A DNA stretch of 64,000 nucleotides, taken from NCBI RefSeq assembly GCF_963921235.1, contig NC_086097.1:7316001-7380000 (forward strand). The letters are read 5' to 3'. The stretch is from Mobula hypostoma. Lineage: Eukaryota. This document shows, piece by piece, positions 12,001 through 23,519 of this stretch. Under the pieces are notes generated by a model that made no database searches, was not told where the DNA came from, and saw only the letters and a list, made by a program, of their open reading frames with translations. How positions within the stretch are numbered: the first letter of the stretch is position 1; each line of letters begins with the position of its first letter. Made by a program: the position numbers and the translations under genes.

Positions 12001-13465
12001 TTCCCAATAATTTTTGCTCTATTATGTGCCCTCTCTTTGACTTTTATGCTGGCTTTTTTAACTTTTCTTGTTAGCCTTGGTTTTGTCACCTTTCCTTAAG
12101 AATACTTCTTCCTCTTTGACATGTATATATCCTGTACCTTTTGAATTGATTCCAGAAGTTCCAGCCATTGCTGCTCTGCTGTCATCTCTGCCAGTGTTCT
12201 TTACCAATCAATTCTGGGCAACTCCTCCTTATGGCTCTGTAATTCCCTTTACTCAGCTCTCATACTGATACATCTGACTTTAGCATCTCGTTCTCAAATT
12301 TCAAGGTGAATTTGACCATATTGTGATCAGTTGCCCTTAAGGGTTCTTTTACGTTAATGTCTCTGATCAATTCTGGCTCACTGCACAACCTTCAGTCTAG
12401 AGTAGCTGATCCTATTGTGGGCTGAACCGTGATCTGCTCTAAAAAGCCATCTCATAAGCACTCTAGAAATTCACCCTCCAGGAATCCAGCACCAACCTTA
12501 TTTTCCCAATCTACCTGCTTATAGAAGTCCCTGATGACTATTGTAACATTGTCCTTTTGGCAAGCATTTTCTATTTCTCATTGTAATTTGTAGGCCACAT
12601 CCTTACTACTGTTTTGGTGTCTGTATACAACTCCCATCAAGGTCTTTTTACCCTTGCAGTTCCTTAGCTCTATCCACAATAATTCAACACCTTCCGACCC
12701 TATGTCACACCTTTCTAAAGATATGATTTTTTTTTACCAACAGAGCAATGGCATCCCTCTGCCTTCCTGCCTATCCTTTCAAAAAACAGCTATTATCTTT
12801 CAGCCATGATTCAGTAATACCTGCCAACCTGCAACTGTGTTGCAAATTCATCTGCCTTATTCCATATACTGCACACATTCAGACACAAAACTTTCAGTCC
12901 TGTATTCACCCTCTTCGAATTTGTCCATCTCTGGTTGTAGTCCCAACCAACCCCCATGAAAAAGGCCTGCTTGCATTTATCTATAACCCTCATAACTTTG
13001 TTGACCTCTATCAAATCTTGTCTCAATCTTTTATATTCCAAGGAATAAAGTCTTAACCTATTCAAACTTTCCTCTCATGTTCCCCTTAAACTTTTCATAT
13101 TTTACCCTTAACCCATAACCTCTTGATGTAGTCCCAGTTGAAAAGGCCTATCTATACCCCTCATAATTTTATATACCTCTAGCAAATCACCTCTCTCTCT
13201 TCTACATTGTAAAGAACACTGTCCTGACATATTCAATCTTTCCTTATAACTCAGATCCTCCAGACCAGGCAACATCCTTGTAAATTTTCTCCGCAATCTT
13301 TCAGCCTTATTTATATCTTTCCTGGAGTCAGGTGACCAAAACTGCACACAATACTCAGAAATAGGCCTCATCAATTTCTCATACAACTTCAACCTAACAT
13401 CCCATCTCCTGTTCTTAATACTTTGATTTATGAAGGCTAATGTGCCAAGAGCTTTCTTTGTGACC
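9075..13465 (-). mobile_element. Stack of decayed CR1 LINEs, main copy about 9340-12910 (ORF2 and 3' UTR)
   Basis: CR1 motifs CLTNLLEFFEE, HLDFQKA, KVLCLNV and YCVQFWSP. Separate 3'-end fragments at 9075-9340, 12910-13070 and 13070-13465. Confidence 0.85.
10272..11035 (+). mobile_element. Internally deleted CR1 inserted into the minus-strand CR1
   Basis: Post-EN region (PWLTREIK) joined near 10610 to the RT C-terminus and 3' UTR. The host CR1 resumes at about 11045. Confidence 0.7.
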
Positions 13466-14229
13466 TGATCTTCCTGGTTTCAGTCACAGTGAATATACAA
13501 TAAAATTCAATCTCTTGTACGTAACAGACCAGCAAAAGAACTTATCCCTTTGCTATAACCAAAGCCTAAGGGGGTTGATATTTCTGAGTTTTTCATTGGA
13601 TTTTCCATCAAAGTAGCAGTGTTCACTTGCAAGGATCCCTTTGGAAATTCAAAGCACTGGTTCAACCATTGAAGCAGCCAGCCCTGAAGAATGACTGCAC
13701 TGTTAGTATTGCTATTGTGATTTTTCATCAGGGAATGTCCACTTCCTTGTTACCCTTTGTGAAAAGCATCAACAACACTGGACCCTGTGTCACCCTACGT
13801 GACCTGGGAATTTCCAGAGCACCTCTCAGGAGGAGGAAGTTGTGGATTGAGCAGATAACTCAAAGTGCGCCAGCCACAGAGAAATTATTCCCAGCCTTCC
13901 AATAAGGCTTTCTTTCTTCCAGAGGCATCAGGAATCAGGACTCAGAATCAAGTTTAATATGACTGGTGGGTGTCATGTTGCTCTGTGGCAGCACTATATT
14001 GCAATACATAATAATTTTAAAGCTATAATTTAATAAGAAATACATAAAAATAAATTAACTAGGCAGAGTGAAAAGAGAGCAAAAATAGTGGGGTTGTGTA
14101 CACAGGTTCATTGTCCTTTCAAAAATCTGATAGTAGAGGGAAAGAAATTGTTCCTGAACTGTTGAATGTGTCTTCAGGTTCCTGTACCTCCTCCTTGATG
14201 GCAGCATGAGGATGGAAATTGAGGAAAGA

Positions 14230-14514
14230 GTGAGCAATACACACAAAATGCTGGACCAACTCAGCAGGCTAGGCAGCATCTATGGAAAAAAGTACAGTCG
14301 ATGTTTTGGCCTGATTTATAATTTAAATTTTTAATATTTACTAATTTTAACTATTTTTAATATCTTTAATATTTAATATTTGTAATCCAGGGAGTGTGGT
14401 GCAGAATCAAATATCGCTGTGATGATTGTACATTCTAGTACCAATTGTTTGGCGACAATAAAGTATAAAGTACAAAGTAAAGATTTCCAGCATCTGCAGA
14501 TTTTCTCTTGTTTG
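14230..14514. mobile_element. Fold-back Penelope-derived insertion, interrupted by a LINE 3' tail
   Basis: Inverted arm at 14234-14313 and direct 3' block at 14481-14514. TSD TGAGGAAAGA at 14220-14229 and 14515-14524. Confidence 0.7.
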
Positions 14515-14862
14515 TGAGGAAAGATTGAATAGGTTTCCACCCAAGGTTAAAAACCTACAAGTTGTTCTTGATCATATCAAATTAAATTTCAAGATTGTTT
14601 CATGTTATTACTTGTACAAGTGTAAGGAGAATGAAATATTTGTTACTCCAGATCCAATGCAGCACAAAAATACACAAAAATAAAGAACACAACAATAATA
14701 ACACAATAAATATATCTCATATGCGCAGATTGATTGTATGTCCATAAAGTGATACTGGGCAGAGGAGTGCCTATACGTATTGTGGCTGACAGAAAATGAT
14801 AAAGTAGTGGTGGTGGGCGGTGTGGAGGTGTGGGTTCGTGGGTGGAGGTGTCAATCAGCCTT

Positions 14863-15290
14863 CGTCGTCGTCATTGTGGCTATCGCTCAAGGTTGAGGAT
14901 GATGGTCTTCGTTCTGAAGAAGTGGCCCACACAGTGAAGATGCCTGTGCATGTATTCGTTTAACATGTACTTGATGTTGCACTCCAAGAAGCGCACGATA
15001 CTTCATTAATCAGCCAACTGATTCCAATGGCATGGAAACCACGACGATTGGAGTTGATGGATTTGTTGCAGCCTTCATCTGCCTTCACAGCCGTTGAGTG
15101 CGAGATAACTTCATCCGCCTGTTCCACCGTTGAGGTCTTGGTTGGATTGTTCTTTGTCAGGGACCTCACCCTCGACCTTACCACCATGGGTGACCCTACC
15201 AGGAGCATAGCTCCAGACGGCATCGCTCTCGGGATCACAGGACCACACAAGCCTCTCCACCACGACAAGGTGACAATCCACGGAGAAGAC
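14863..15290 (-). mobile_element. Non-autonomous bipartite RTE element (5' leader fused to RTE 3' end)
   Basis: TSD ATCAGCCTT at 14854-14862 and 15291-15299. (GAC)n tail; the 3' end matches the RTE 3' UTR at 8510-8553. Sits inside a decayed Rex1-like 3' fragment. Confidence 0.85.
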
Positions 15291-15609
15291 ATCAGCCTTA
15301 CTGCCTGGGGAAAGTGTCTGTTTTTGAGTCTGGTAGTCCTGGTGTGGGTACTTCATAGCCTCCACCCTGATGGGAGTGGGACAAACAGTCTATGAGTAGG
15401 GTGAGTAGTATCCTTCATGATGTTACTGGCCTTTTTCCAGCATCTTTCTGTATATACGTCCTTGATGGCAGGTATACTGCTGCTGGTGATGCACCACACT
15501 GCAGTTTCTTCACCATGCAGTGATGCAGCTTGTTATGATCCTCTCTGATCCAATGTTCCTCTCCGCAACTTGTGGCACATTGGGCAGCAACCTTTTCCCA
15601 TTACCTTAG

Positions 15610-16550
15610 TGTAACACCTGTATAGCATCAGTCTTATTGTGTGTGACTAGTCATTGCACTCTTTTGAGAAAACCTCATTCCACTAGGTGTTAGTAGGTCA
15701 TCAGAAGGTTCAAGGTATCAGAAGGATGCAGTCAATAGAAATCACACACTTCTGGAAATAAGTTTTGTTTATAAGAAAGGAAAAAATATGTACAAAATAT
15801 TTACATAAGCAAGAACAATTCAAAATTCCAACATTCTGTTTAGGTTCCAAATCTCAGATATCAACAAAAGCCATTTTCCTGCTTAGTTAGGATCAGTGAT
15901 ATTCATTAAACTTCCCTAGTCAGTTAGAAAACCAAATATAATTCCTATTCTCAAGTACTATAGTTAACTTCAGTTTCAGTTCCAGGCAGTATATCTACAA
16001 GTTTAAATTCAAATTTAAAAATTATATGTACACAGTTTAGCTCTTTTCATGACAATTCTCCAACATCACAAATCTTAAACGAAGTAAATCTCATTCAGTA
16101 ACTTAACAAAGTCTTTGCAAAAATAGTCAGTTCCTGCAGAAAATCAAATTTGGATTCTTCGAATAAAAAAAAACTCATACATTAACCATATTCAACCTCT
16201 GCGTCATTACGCATTTCGTTCCCTAACTGGTCCTTCATCACCATCTTGTTTTCTCACCATCTTGTTTCTTGATTCATTGGAATGAAATAATTTATCATCC
16301 ACAGAAAGTCAATTCACAAACTTGTACCAAAACCAAATCGCTTGGTCAGTTTTACAGAACTAATTCCTGACTACACAGCAAGGATTTTAGACACTGGTCT
16401 CTGCTGATATTGTCTCATTATAGCTGTTGCATGTTATAGCTGTAGCTCCAATAAATCTTTTATAGCTGTTGTCTCTCCCCCAGGGGGTTTCACCCTGATG
16501 GTTTTAAGTTAGTAGGGTAAAGATACTCACTATTAATTCCACTCTTAACA
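15610..16550. repeat. Possible solo LTR or unclassified repeat
   Basis: TGT...ACA bounded, AT-rich, with short internal direct repeats (TCACCATCTTGTTT x2, TATAGCTGT x3). No TSD found. Confidence 0.3.
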
Positions 16551-16579
16551 GTTCTTGTCTTCAGATTCTATAACTGTAT

Positions 16580-17172
16580 AACCATATAACAATTACAGCA
16601 CGGAAACAGGCCATCTTGGCCCTTCTAGTCCGTGCCGAACTCTTGCTCTCACCTAGTCCCACCGAGCTGCATTCATCCCATCACCCTCCATTCCTTTCCT
16701 GTCCATATAGTTGTCTAATTTAACTTTAAACAACAACATCGAACCTGCCTCAACCACTTCTGCTGGAAGCTCATTCCACACAGCTACCACTCTCCGAATA
16801 AAGAAGTTCCCCCTCATGTTACCCCTAAACTTTAACTCTCAACTCATGTCCTCTTGTTTGAATCTCCCATACTCTCAATGGAAAAAGCCTATCCACGTCA
16901 ACTCTATTTTTTCCCCTCATAATTTTAAATACCTCTATCAAGTCCCCCCTCAGCCTTCTACGTTCAAAAGAATAAAGACCCAACCTGTTCAACCTTTCTC
17001 TGTAACTTAGGTGATGAAACCCAGGTAACATTCCAGTAAATCTCTGTACTCCCTCTATTTTGTTGACATCTTTCCTATAATTCGGTGACCAAAACTGTAC
17101 ACAGTACTCCAAATTTGGCCTCACCAATGCCTTGTACAATTTTAACATTACACCCCAACTCCTATACTCAAT
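16580..17172 (-). mobile_element. CR1 3' fragment, relatively young
   Basis: ORF 16825-17148 MLKLYKALVRPNLEYCVQFWSP plus CR1 3' UTR. Confidence 0.9.
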
Positions 17173-17244
17173 GAATTTTGTATTTATCTTGTCTATTTTT
17201 ATTATAGTTTATGGTATGCTTTATGTATTGCATTGAAAACTAAT

Positions 17245-17553
17245 CGTTGTTGCGTTCCTCTCCTTGTCTGTCCTGTGTCCAGCCTCGCATAGCATTTCTT
17301 TTCATATTCTCTTTTTTTTTAATTGGTAAACCTTGTTTTCATCCCTCCACAGGTAGAACTTTCTAACATTACAACCTTGGGCTTAATTAACCTGGGTTAC
17401 ACCAGCATTTGTCGGTTTCCTCACGAGGCTGAGCTGCCAGCACAATGCTCAACCCAGCACGGATGGAGAGCGTGGAAGGGCCAGCTGGATTTGAACCCGG
17501 GACCACTCACCATGAACACTGGTGCGGGTGCCACACCTACACCACAAGCCGGC
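17245..17553 (-). mobile_element. tRNA-derived SINE (not V-SINE)
   Basis: Starts GCCGGCTTGTGGTGTAG, B-box GGTTCAAATCC, ends ...GAGGAACGCAACAACG. Confidence 0.6.
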
Positions 17554-17649
17554 CTAGGATGCTCTCTACTGTGCATGTATTTGGTGATCTCTGAATATGT
17601 TAGTAATTACCATAATTTATAAATGTACTGATAGAGGGTCCTTACTTAA

Positions 17650-18990
17650 GGCATAGGAGCAGAAGTAGACCATATGGACCATTCAGCCTGCTCCACCATT
17701 CAATCATGGCTGATTTATTTTTGCTCTCAACCCCATTCTCCTGCCTTTTCCCCATAACCTTTGACACTATCACTAATCAAGAACTTATCAACCTCTGCTT
17801 TAAACATATCCAATGATTTGGCCTCCACAGCTGATTGTGACAATGAATTCCACAGATTCCCTGCCCTCTGGCTAAAGGAAGACCCTCTCATCTCTGTTCT
17901 CCCTAGTCTGAGTCTGCGTCTTCTGGCCCTAGACTTCCTCATTATAGGAAACACCCTCTCCAAATTCACTCTGTCTAAGCCTTTAAATATTCAATAGGTT
18001 TCAATAAAATCCCCCCATCATTCTTCGAAACTCCAGTGAGTGCAGGCACAGAGCCATCAACTGCTCCAATGCAAACACCTAATTCTTAGATAAGGAACCC
18101 AAAACTGTTCAAAATACTCTGAAAATCATATGACCAATGCCTTATAAAGCCTCAGCATTACTTCCTTGCTTTTAGTCATAGTCATGGTCATACTTTATTG
18201 ATCCCGGGGGAAATTGGTTTTCGTTACAGTTGCTCCATAAATAATAAATAGTAATAGAACCATAAATAGTTAAATAGTAATATGTAAATTATGCCAGTAA
18301 ATTATGAAATAAGTCCAGGACCAGCCTATTGGCTCAGGATGTCTGACCCTCCAAGGGAGGAGTTGTAAAGTTTGATGGCCACAGGCAGGAATGACTTCCT
18401 ATGACGCTCAGTGTTGCATCTCGGTGGAATGAGTCTCTGGCTGAATGTACTCCTGTGCCCACCCAGTACATTATGTAGTGGACGAGAGACATTGACCAAG
18501 ATGGCATGCAACTTTTATATTGTAGTTCTCTAAGAGTGAATGGTAACATTGCATTTGCCTTCCTTACCACCAACTCAACCTGCAAGGTAGCATTTAGGGA
18601 ATCCCGAACTAGGACTCCCAAATCCCCTTGCACTACTGATTTGCTCCCTGTTTAGAAAATTCCTTCAACCAAAGTGCATGACCATGCAATTCTCTACACT
18701 TTATCCCATCTGCCACTTCTTTGCCCATTCCGCTAATCGGTCTAAGTTTTACTGCACGCTCCCTGCTTCAACACTACCTATCCCTCCATACCGCCGGCTA
18801 ACCTGGCCACAAACCCATCAGTTCAGACATCCTGATTATTGACATTTAATGTGAAAAGAAGCGGTCCCAACACAAAACCTATGGGACACCGCTGGTCTTT
18901 AGCAGCCAACCAGAAAAGGCCCCCTTTATTCCCAGTCTTTGCCTGCTGCCAATCAGCCAGTGCTCAATCCATGCGAGAATGTTTCCTGTA
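17650..18990 (-). mobile_element. Decayed CR1 (RT to 3' UTR), interrupted by a Rex1 fragment
   Basis: CR1 C-terminal motifs (DLGVLV, NLWNSLSQ). The host sequence is continuous across 18175-18512. Confidence 0.8.
18175..18512 (-). mobile_element. Rex1/Babar LINE 3' end
   Basis: RLIPPRCNTERHRKSFLPVAIKLYN and (GACTAT)n tail; near-identical to 43540-43893. Confidence 0.8.
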
Positions 18991-19127
18991 ATTAGTAGCT
19001 AATGTATTTGAGAATATATCCAATTGCTGATGGCCAGGCAAATTGATAACATACCACACCAACTTTAAATCCAAGACAAGAGAAAACCAGTCAGTTTCCC
19101 ATCTGTGCTTGTCCTCCCATTGGCACC

Positions 19128-19132
19128 TTATT

Positions 19133-19175
<43 letters not shown>

Positions 19176-19430
19176 TTATTTATTTATTTATTTATTTATT
19201 AAGCGATACAGTACAGTAACAAGTACTTCCAGCTCAGTGAGCCATGCCATCCATTTACACCCATGCGTAATTAACCTACTAACCCATGTGTCTTTGGAAT
19301 GAGGGAGGAAACTGGGGGACCTGGAAGAAACACACGTGGTCAGTGTGGGGGAGCATAGAAACTGCTTACAGGCAGTGGTGGGAATTGAATACAGGTCTCT
19401 GGCACTGTAATAGCATTATGCTAGCTGCTG
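19128..19430 (-). mobile_element. V-SINE with (TATC)n/(TATT)n tail microsatellite
   Basis: V-core on the minus strand; compound tetranucleotide repeat at 19128-19200. Confidence 0.65.
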
Positions 19431-19649
19431 CCCAAAGGTGATTCCCAAAGATTTCAGTAGGAAAGTGTTTTTAAATGCTATTGAACCCTCCAGTACTGCT
19501 GAGAAAACTGCTAGCATGGTAGAGAAAATTAAACAGTGTCATTCAAGGTGGGAACCTGCAAATTGTGATTGCTTAAATTTGCTGTTCTGTGCAATATAAA
19601 TATGCTCACAATTACCATCATTTAAAAATGTTGTCTTACAAAGCATCAT

Positions 19650-20730
19650 TGAGTCAAAGAGTCAGAGAATGCTACAGCACAGAAACAGGCCTTTCAGCCC
19701 ATCTAGTCTGTGCGGAACCATTTAATCTGCCTTGTCCCATTGACCTGGAGCTGGACACAGCCCTCCATATCCCTACTATCAATGTACTTATCCAATTTTC
19801 CCTTAATTGTTGAAATCGAACCCACATCCACCACTCATTCCACTCTTTCACCATCTTTCATGTGAAGAACTTCTCCATAATATTGCCCTTAAACATTTCA
19901 CCTTTCACCCTTGAACCATGACCTCTAGTTCTAGTCTCACCCATCCTCAGTGGAAAAAGCCTGTTTTCATTTCTCCTGTCCATACCCCTCATAATGTTGA
20001 CTACCTCTATCAGACCTCCCCTTATTGTCCTACGCTCTAGAGAATAAAGTTCTAACCTATTCAACTCTTTGCTTTAACTCAGGTCCTCAAGTCCTGGTTA
20101 CATCCTATTAAAATTTCTCTGTAATCTTTCAATTGGGACTAGGCGCAGTGGATGACCAGGACATCCTCTCTGTCTTGTCCTGCTCTACACGTTCCACGAC
20201 GCTTGCAGAGACCGACTTCTTGACCGTTGGACCTTCCATTGGTCTCGTCCGCTCAATCCACCGGAGTCTGTCTTCACATGCTGGGATAGACAACTCCTTA
20301 TCTCACCGAGGGTTTGAGACCCGTCGGATACCGTCACCTAGTTTAGCCGGCTTGTTTGAAGCCGTTGCCTGGGGTATCGCATACAAACAGCTACGGAGAG
20401 CCATAAGTGAGAGCTGAGTGCCAGGTGGGGACCAAAGGTGGGCTAACCACCTTGAAAAGGATGCGACATGTTCCCCCACCAGAGGTGCTACCCTTCCCTA
20501 ACTCCCGATACACCCCAACAGTGATCAGAAAAGCACAGAGAGTATCAGTGGTCTGTTACAACAAATGTCTTATGCAATTTCAACATAACATCTCATCTCC
20601 TGGACTCAGTACTTTGACTTATGAAGGCCAATATGCCAAAAGCTTTCGGTACAACCCTATCTACCTGTGACGTCACTTTGAAGGAATTATGGATCCATAT
20701 TCGCAGATCCCATTGTTCTACTGCACTCAT
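19650..20730 (-). mobile_element. CR1 3' fragment, interrupted by an RTE-derived element
   Basis: LELYSLERR...FPL...TRGH motifs. Confidence 0.8.
20133..20516 (-). mobile_element. RTE-related non-autonomous element, 5' part
   Basis: 20134-20330 is near-identical to 54364-54560. A diverged relative lies on the + strand at 58080-58575. Confidence 0.7.
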
Positions 20731-21024
20731 CCTATGAGGAGTGGAAGGTGCTTTGTGGCTAGTTCAATGCAGGCACTATATGTCTGGGAAAACTTGCACT
20801 AACCGTTAAATGTAAAAACACTTTATGACTCAGAGTACTAACAATTGATGTGATGTAGCGATACAAACACTGATCATCGCATTATAGATTTGCCTTTACC
20901 CTATCCATTTGCTGCCTGACCTGCCGAGTTCCTTCAGCATTTAGTATGTGATGCATTATAGGTTTCCTCATTTTAACTATTTCAGACTCTACAGTTATAA
21001 GTATCTATAAATACTTGCCCCTAT

Positions 21025-21360
21025 TTATTTTATTTAGAGATACAGCACGTGCCAGGCCCTTCCAGCCCAATGAGCCATGCCGCCAAGCAACCCACTGATT
21101 TAACTCTAGCATAATCACAGGGCATTTTACAATGACCAACTAACCGACTAACCAGTTTGTCTTTTGGACTGTGGAAGGAAGCTGGAGCACCAGGAGGAAA
21201 CACACACACATATGGGAAGAATTCTCACCATTTCTTATAGAAGACGCCGAAATTGAACTTAAATTAATTGAACAATTAATCAACTAACCGGTATTTCCTT
21301 TAGACTGTGAGAGGAAGCTGGAACACCTGGAGGAAAACACGGACATGTGGGAAGAACACT
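21025..21360 (-). mobile_element. V-SINE fragments (two)
   Basis: Two copies of the V-core GACTGTG...GAAGCTGGA.CACC.GGAGGAAA. Confidence 0.65.
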
Positions 21361-21977
21361 CAAGATGTTGAGTCGGAGTATAGAGAGGAAGTGGAGCAGC
21401 TGGTGGCTCGGGGCAAGAAGAATAACCTCAGTCTGAATGTGGAGAAGACCAAAGAAATCATTGTAGATATCAGGAAGGTAGAAATGAACCATCCACTTCT
21501 GTGAATACATGGCTCCTTCACAGAGAGAGTTAAGTGCACTAAGTTCCTGGGAATTCACATCACAGATGAGCTCACGTGATTCCCTTAATATCACCTTCCT
21601 GAACCAGAAGGCACAGCAGCACCTCCACTTCCTAAGGAGTTTAAGGCAAGCAAGGCTCTTCCCTACCGTCTTAACTGTGTCTTACCAGAGCATAATTGAG
21701 AGCATTCTGACAAGCTTTATCTCCGTCTGGTATGGAAGCAGTTGACCAGAAGTCTTTACAATGGACTGTGAAAACAGCTGAGAGGATCACAGGGGTCTCT
21801 CTACCATCCATCGGGAACATTTATCTGGAACACTGTATACACAACACCCTTAGTATTATCAAGGAACCCACACATCTATCCAGCATTCTCTTTATCTTTC
21901 TACCATCAAGCAGGAGACTCCAATGCATAAAGACTAGAGTGGTCAAGATGGCAAACAGATTCTTTCCTCAGGCCATT
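21361..21977 (+). mobile_element. Rex1/Babar LINE RT C-terminal fragment
   Basis: NNLSLNVEKTKEIIVDIR, KAQQHLHFLRSL, IESILT...WYG, FFPQAIR. Confidence 0.85.
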
Positions 21978-22267
21978 AGAAGGAGATGAGTTACTAACTT
22001 CAAACTTTCTGCATAATCACTCAAAGAGTTGACCTGCATGTGCATGTAACGAGAGCTGTATAACTCATCTCCTTCTACCTTTGGCCACAAACCTATCAAT
22101 CACCCCTGCTGTGGACACTTTCTGGAGGTCCAAGACCTGTATGCTCCACGACCGCTGGACTAAGTGCGTAAATGTAGGAGGGGACTATGTTGAAAAATAA
22201 ATGTGCTAGGTTTTCTAAAATTGGCTCCTTCTACCTTTGGCCACGAACGTATCAATCACCCCTCATA
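21977..22267 (+). mobile_element. mariner-derived MITE
   Basis: Transposase C-terminus DRWTKCVNVGGDYVEK* at 22150-22200. Right TIR ...ATCAATCACCCCTCA-TA, with an internal TIR copy at about 22062-22106. Left TIR truncated. Confidence 0.75.
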
Positions 22268-22457
22268 TGTAACCAGAGATTCATCTTCTTGCAAGCAGCC
22301 ACAAAACAATGAACTGCCATAGATCCCGTTGAAAGAAAACATGGAACACCCAATGCGCAAAAATACCAAATTGCGCAAGTGGCGGAAAACGAGGTAATAA
22401 CACACAGAACGTTAAATATCAAACTGCAGAGTATCAAGACAGTTTAGAAATCTATCT

Positions 22458-23390
22458 ATGTATATACCTCATGTGAGATGTGGCCGTCTTAGGGGAACTC
22501 CCCGCTCCCGCAGAGTCACATCTGCCAGAAGTGCATGCTGCTGGGCGAACTGGAAGACAATGTAAGGAATCTGGAGCAGGAGCTGGATGACCTTCGACTT
22601 ATAAGGGAGAATGAGGCTGTCATAGATGAGAGCTACAGGGAGGTAGTCACACCTAGGCTGTCAGAAGCAGGTCGCTAGGTGACAGTCAGAGGGGGGAAAG
22701 TGAAGGTGAGCAGACAGGTAGTGCAGAGCACCCCTGTAGCCATTCCCCTGAATAATAATTTTACCATCCTAGATACTGTTGACGGGAACGACCGACCAGG
22801 TGTGAGCCACGGTGGCAGGGCCTCTGGCACTGAGTCTGACCCTGTGGTGCAGAAGGGTGGGATGGAGAAGAGGAGAGCTGTCGTCATTGGAGACTCTATA
22901 GTCAGGGGAGCAGACAGGAGATTTTGTGGAAGTGAGAAGGACACCCATATGGTTTGTTGCCTCCTGGGTGCCAGGGTCCGGGCTGTCTCTGACCGGGTGC
23001 ACGACATCCTGGTACGAGAGGGAAAGCAACCAGAAGTCGTGATACATGTTTGCACCAACGACATAGGCAAGAAGAGGGATGAGGTCCTGAAGTGTGAGTT
23101 TCGGGAATTAAGCAGAAGGCTGAAGAACAGGACCTCAAGGGTGGCGTTCTCAGGATTGCTGCCAGTGCTACGTGATAGTGATAGTAAGAATTGGAGGGGA
23201 TGGCAGTTGAATGCGTGGCTGAGGAGTTGGTGCAGGGAGCAGGGTTTTAGGTTTTTGGATCATTGAGATCTCTTCTGGGGAAGGTGGGACTTGTACGGAT
23301 TGGATGGGTTGCACCTGAACTCGAGGGGGAGCAATATCCTTGCAGGTAGGTTTGCCAGCATGGCTCGAGAGGGTTTAAACGAATTTGCAA
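22458..23390 (+). pseudogene. CR1 ORF1: zinc finger/coiled coil + SGNH esterase
   Basis: HICQKC...LEQELDDLRL, then VVIGDSIVRG, VIHVCTND and DGLHLN. In-frame stops near 22676 and 23264. Confidence 0.9.
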
Positions 23391-23519
23391 GGGGGATGGG
23401 ACCCAGAGCGATAGAGCAGTGAAAGAAGTGCATAGAGTAAAGCCAGATCTAACATATAGAGAGGCTTTGAGGAAAGAGAAGCAGAATAAAGGGTGTAAAG
23501 GTAGGAAGATAGAAGGGCT

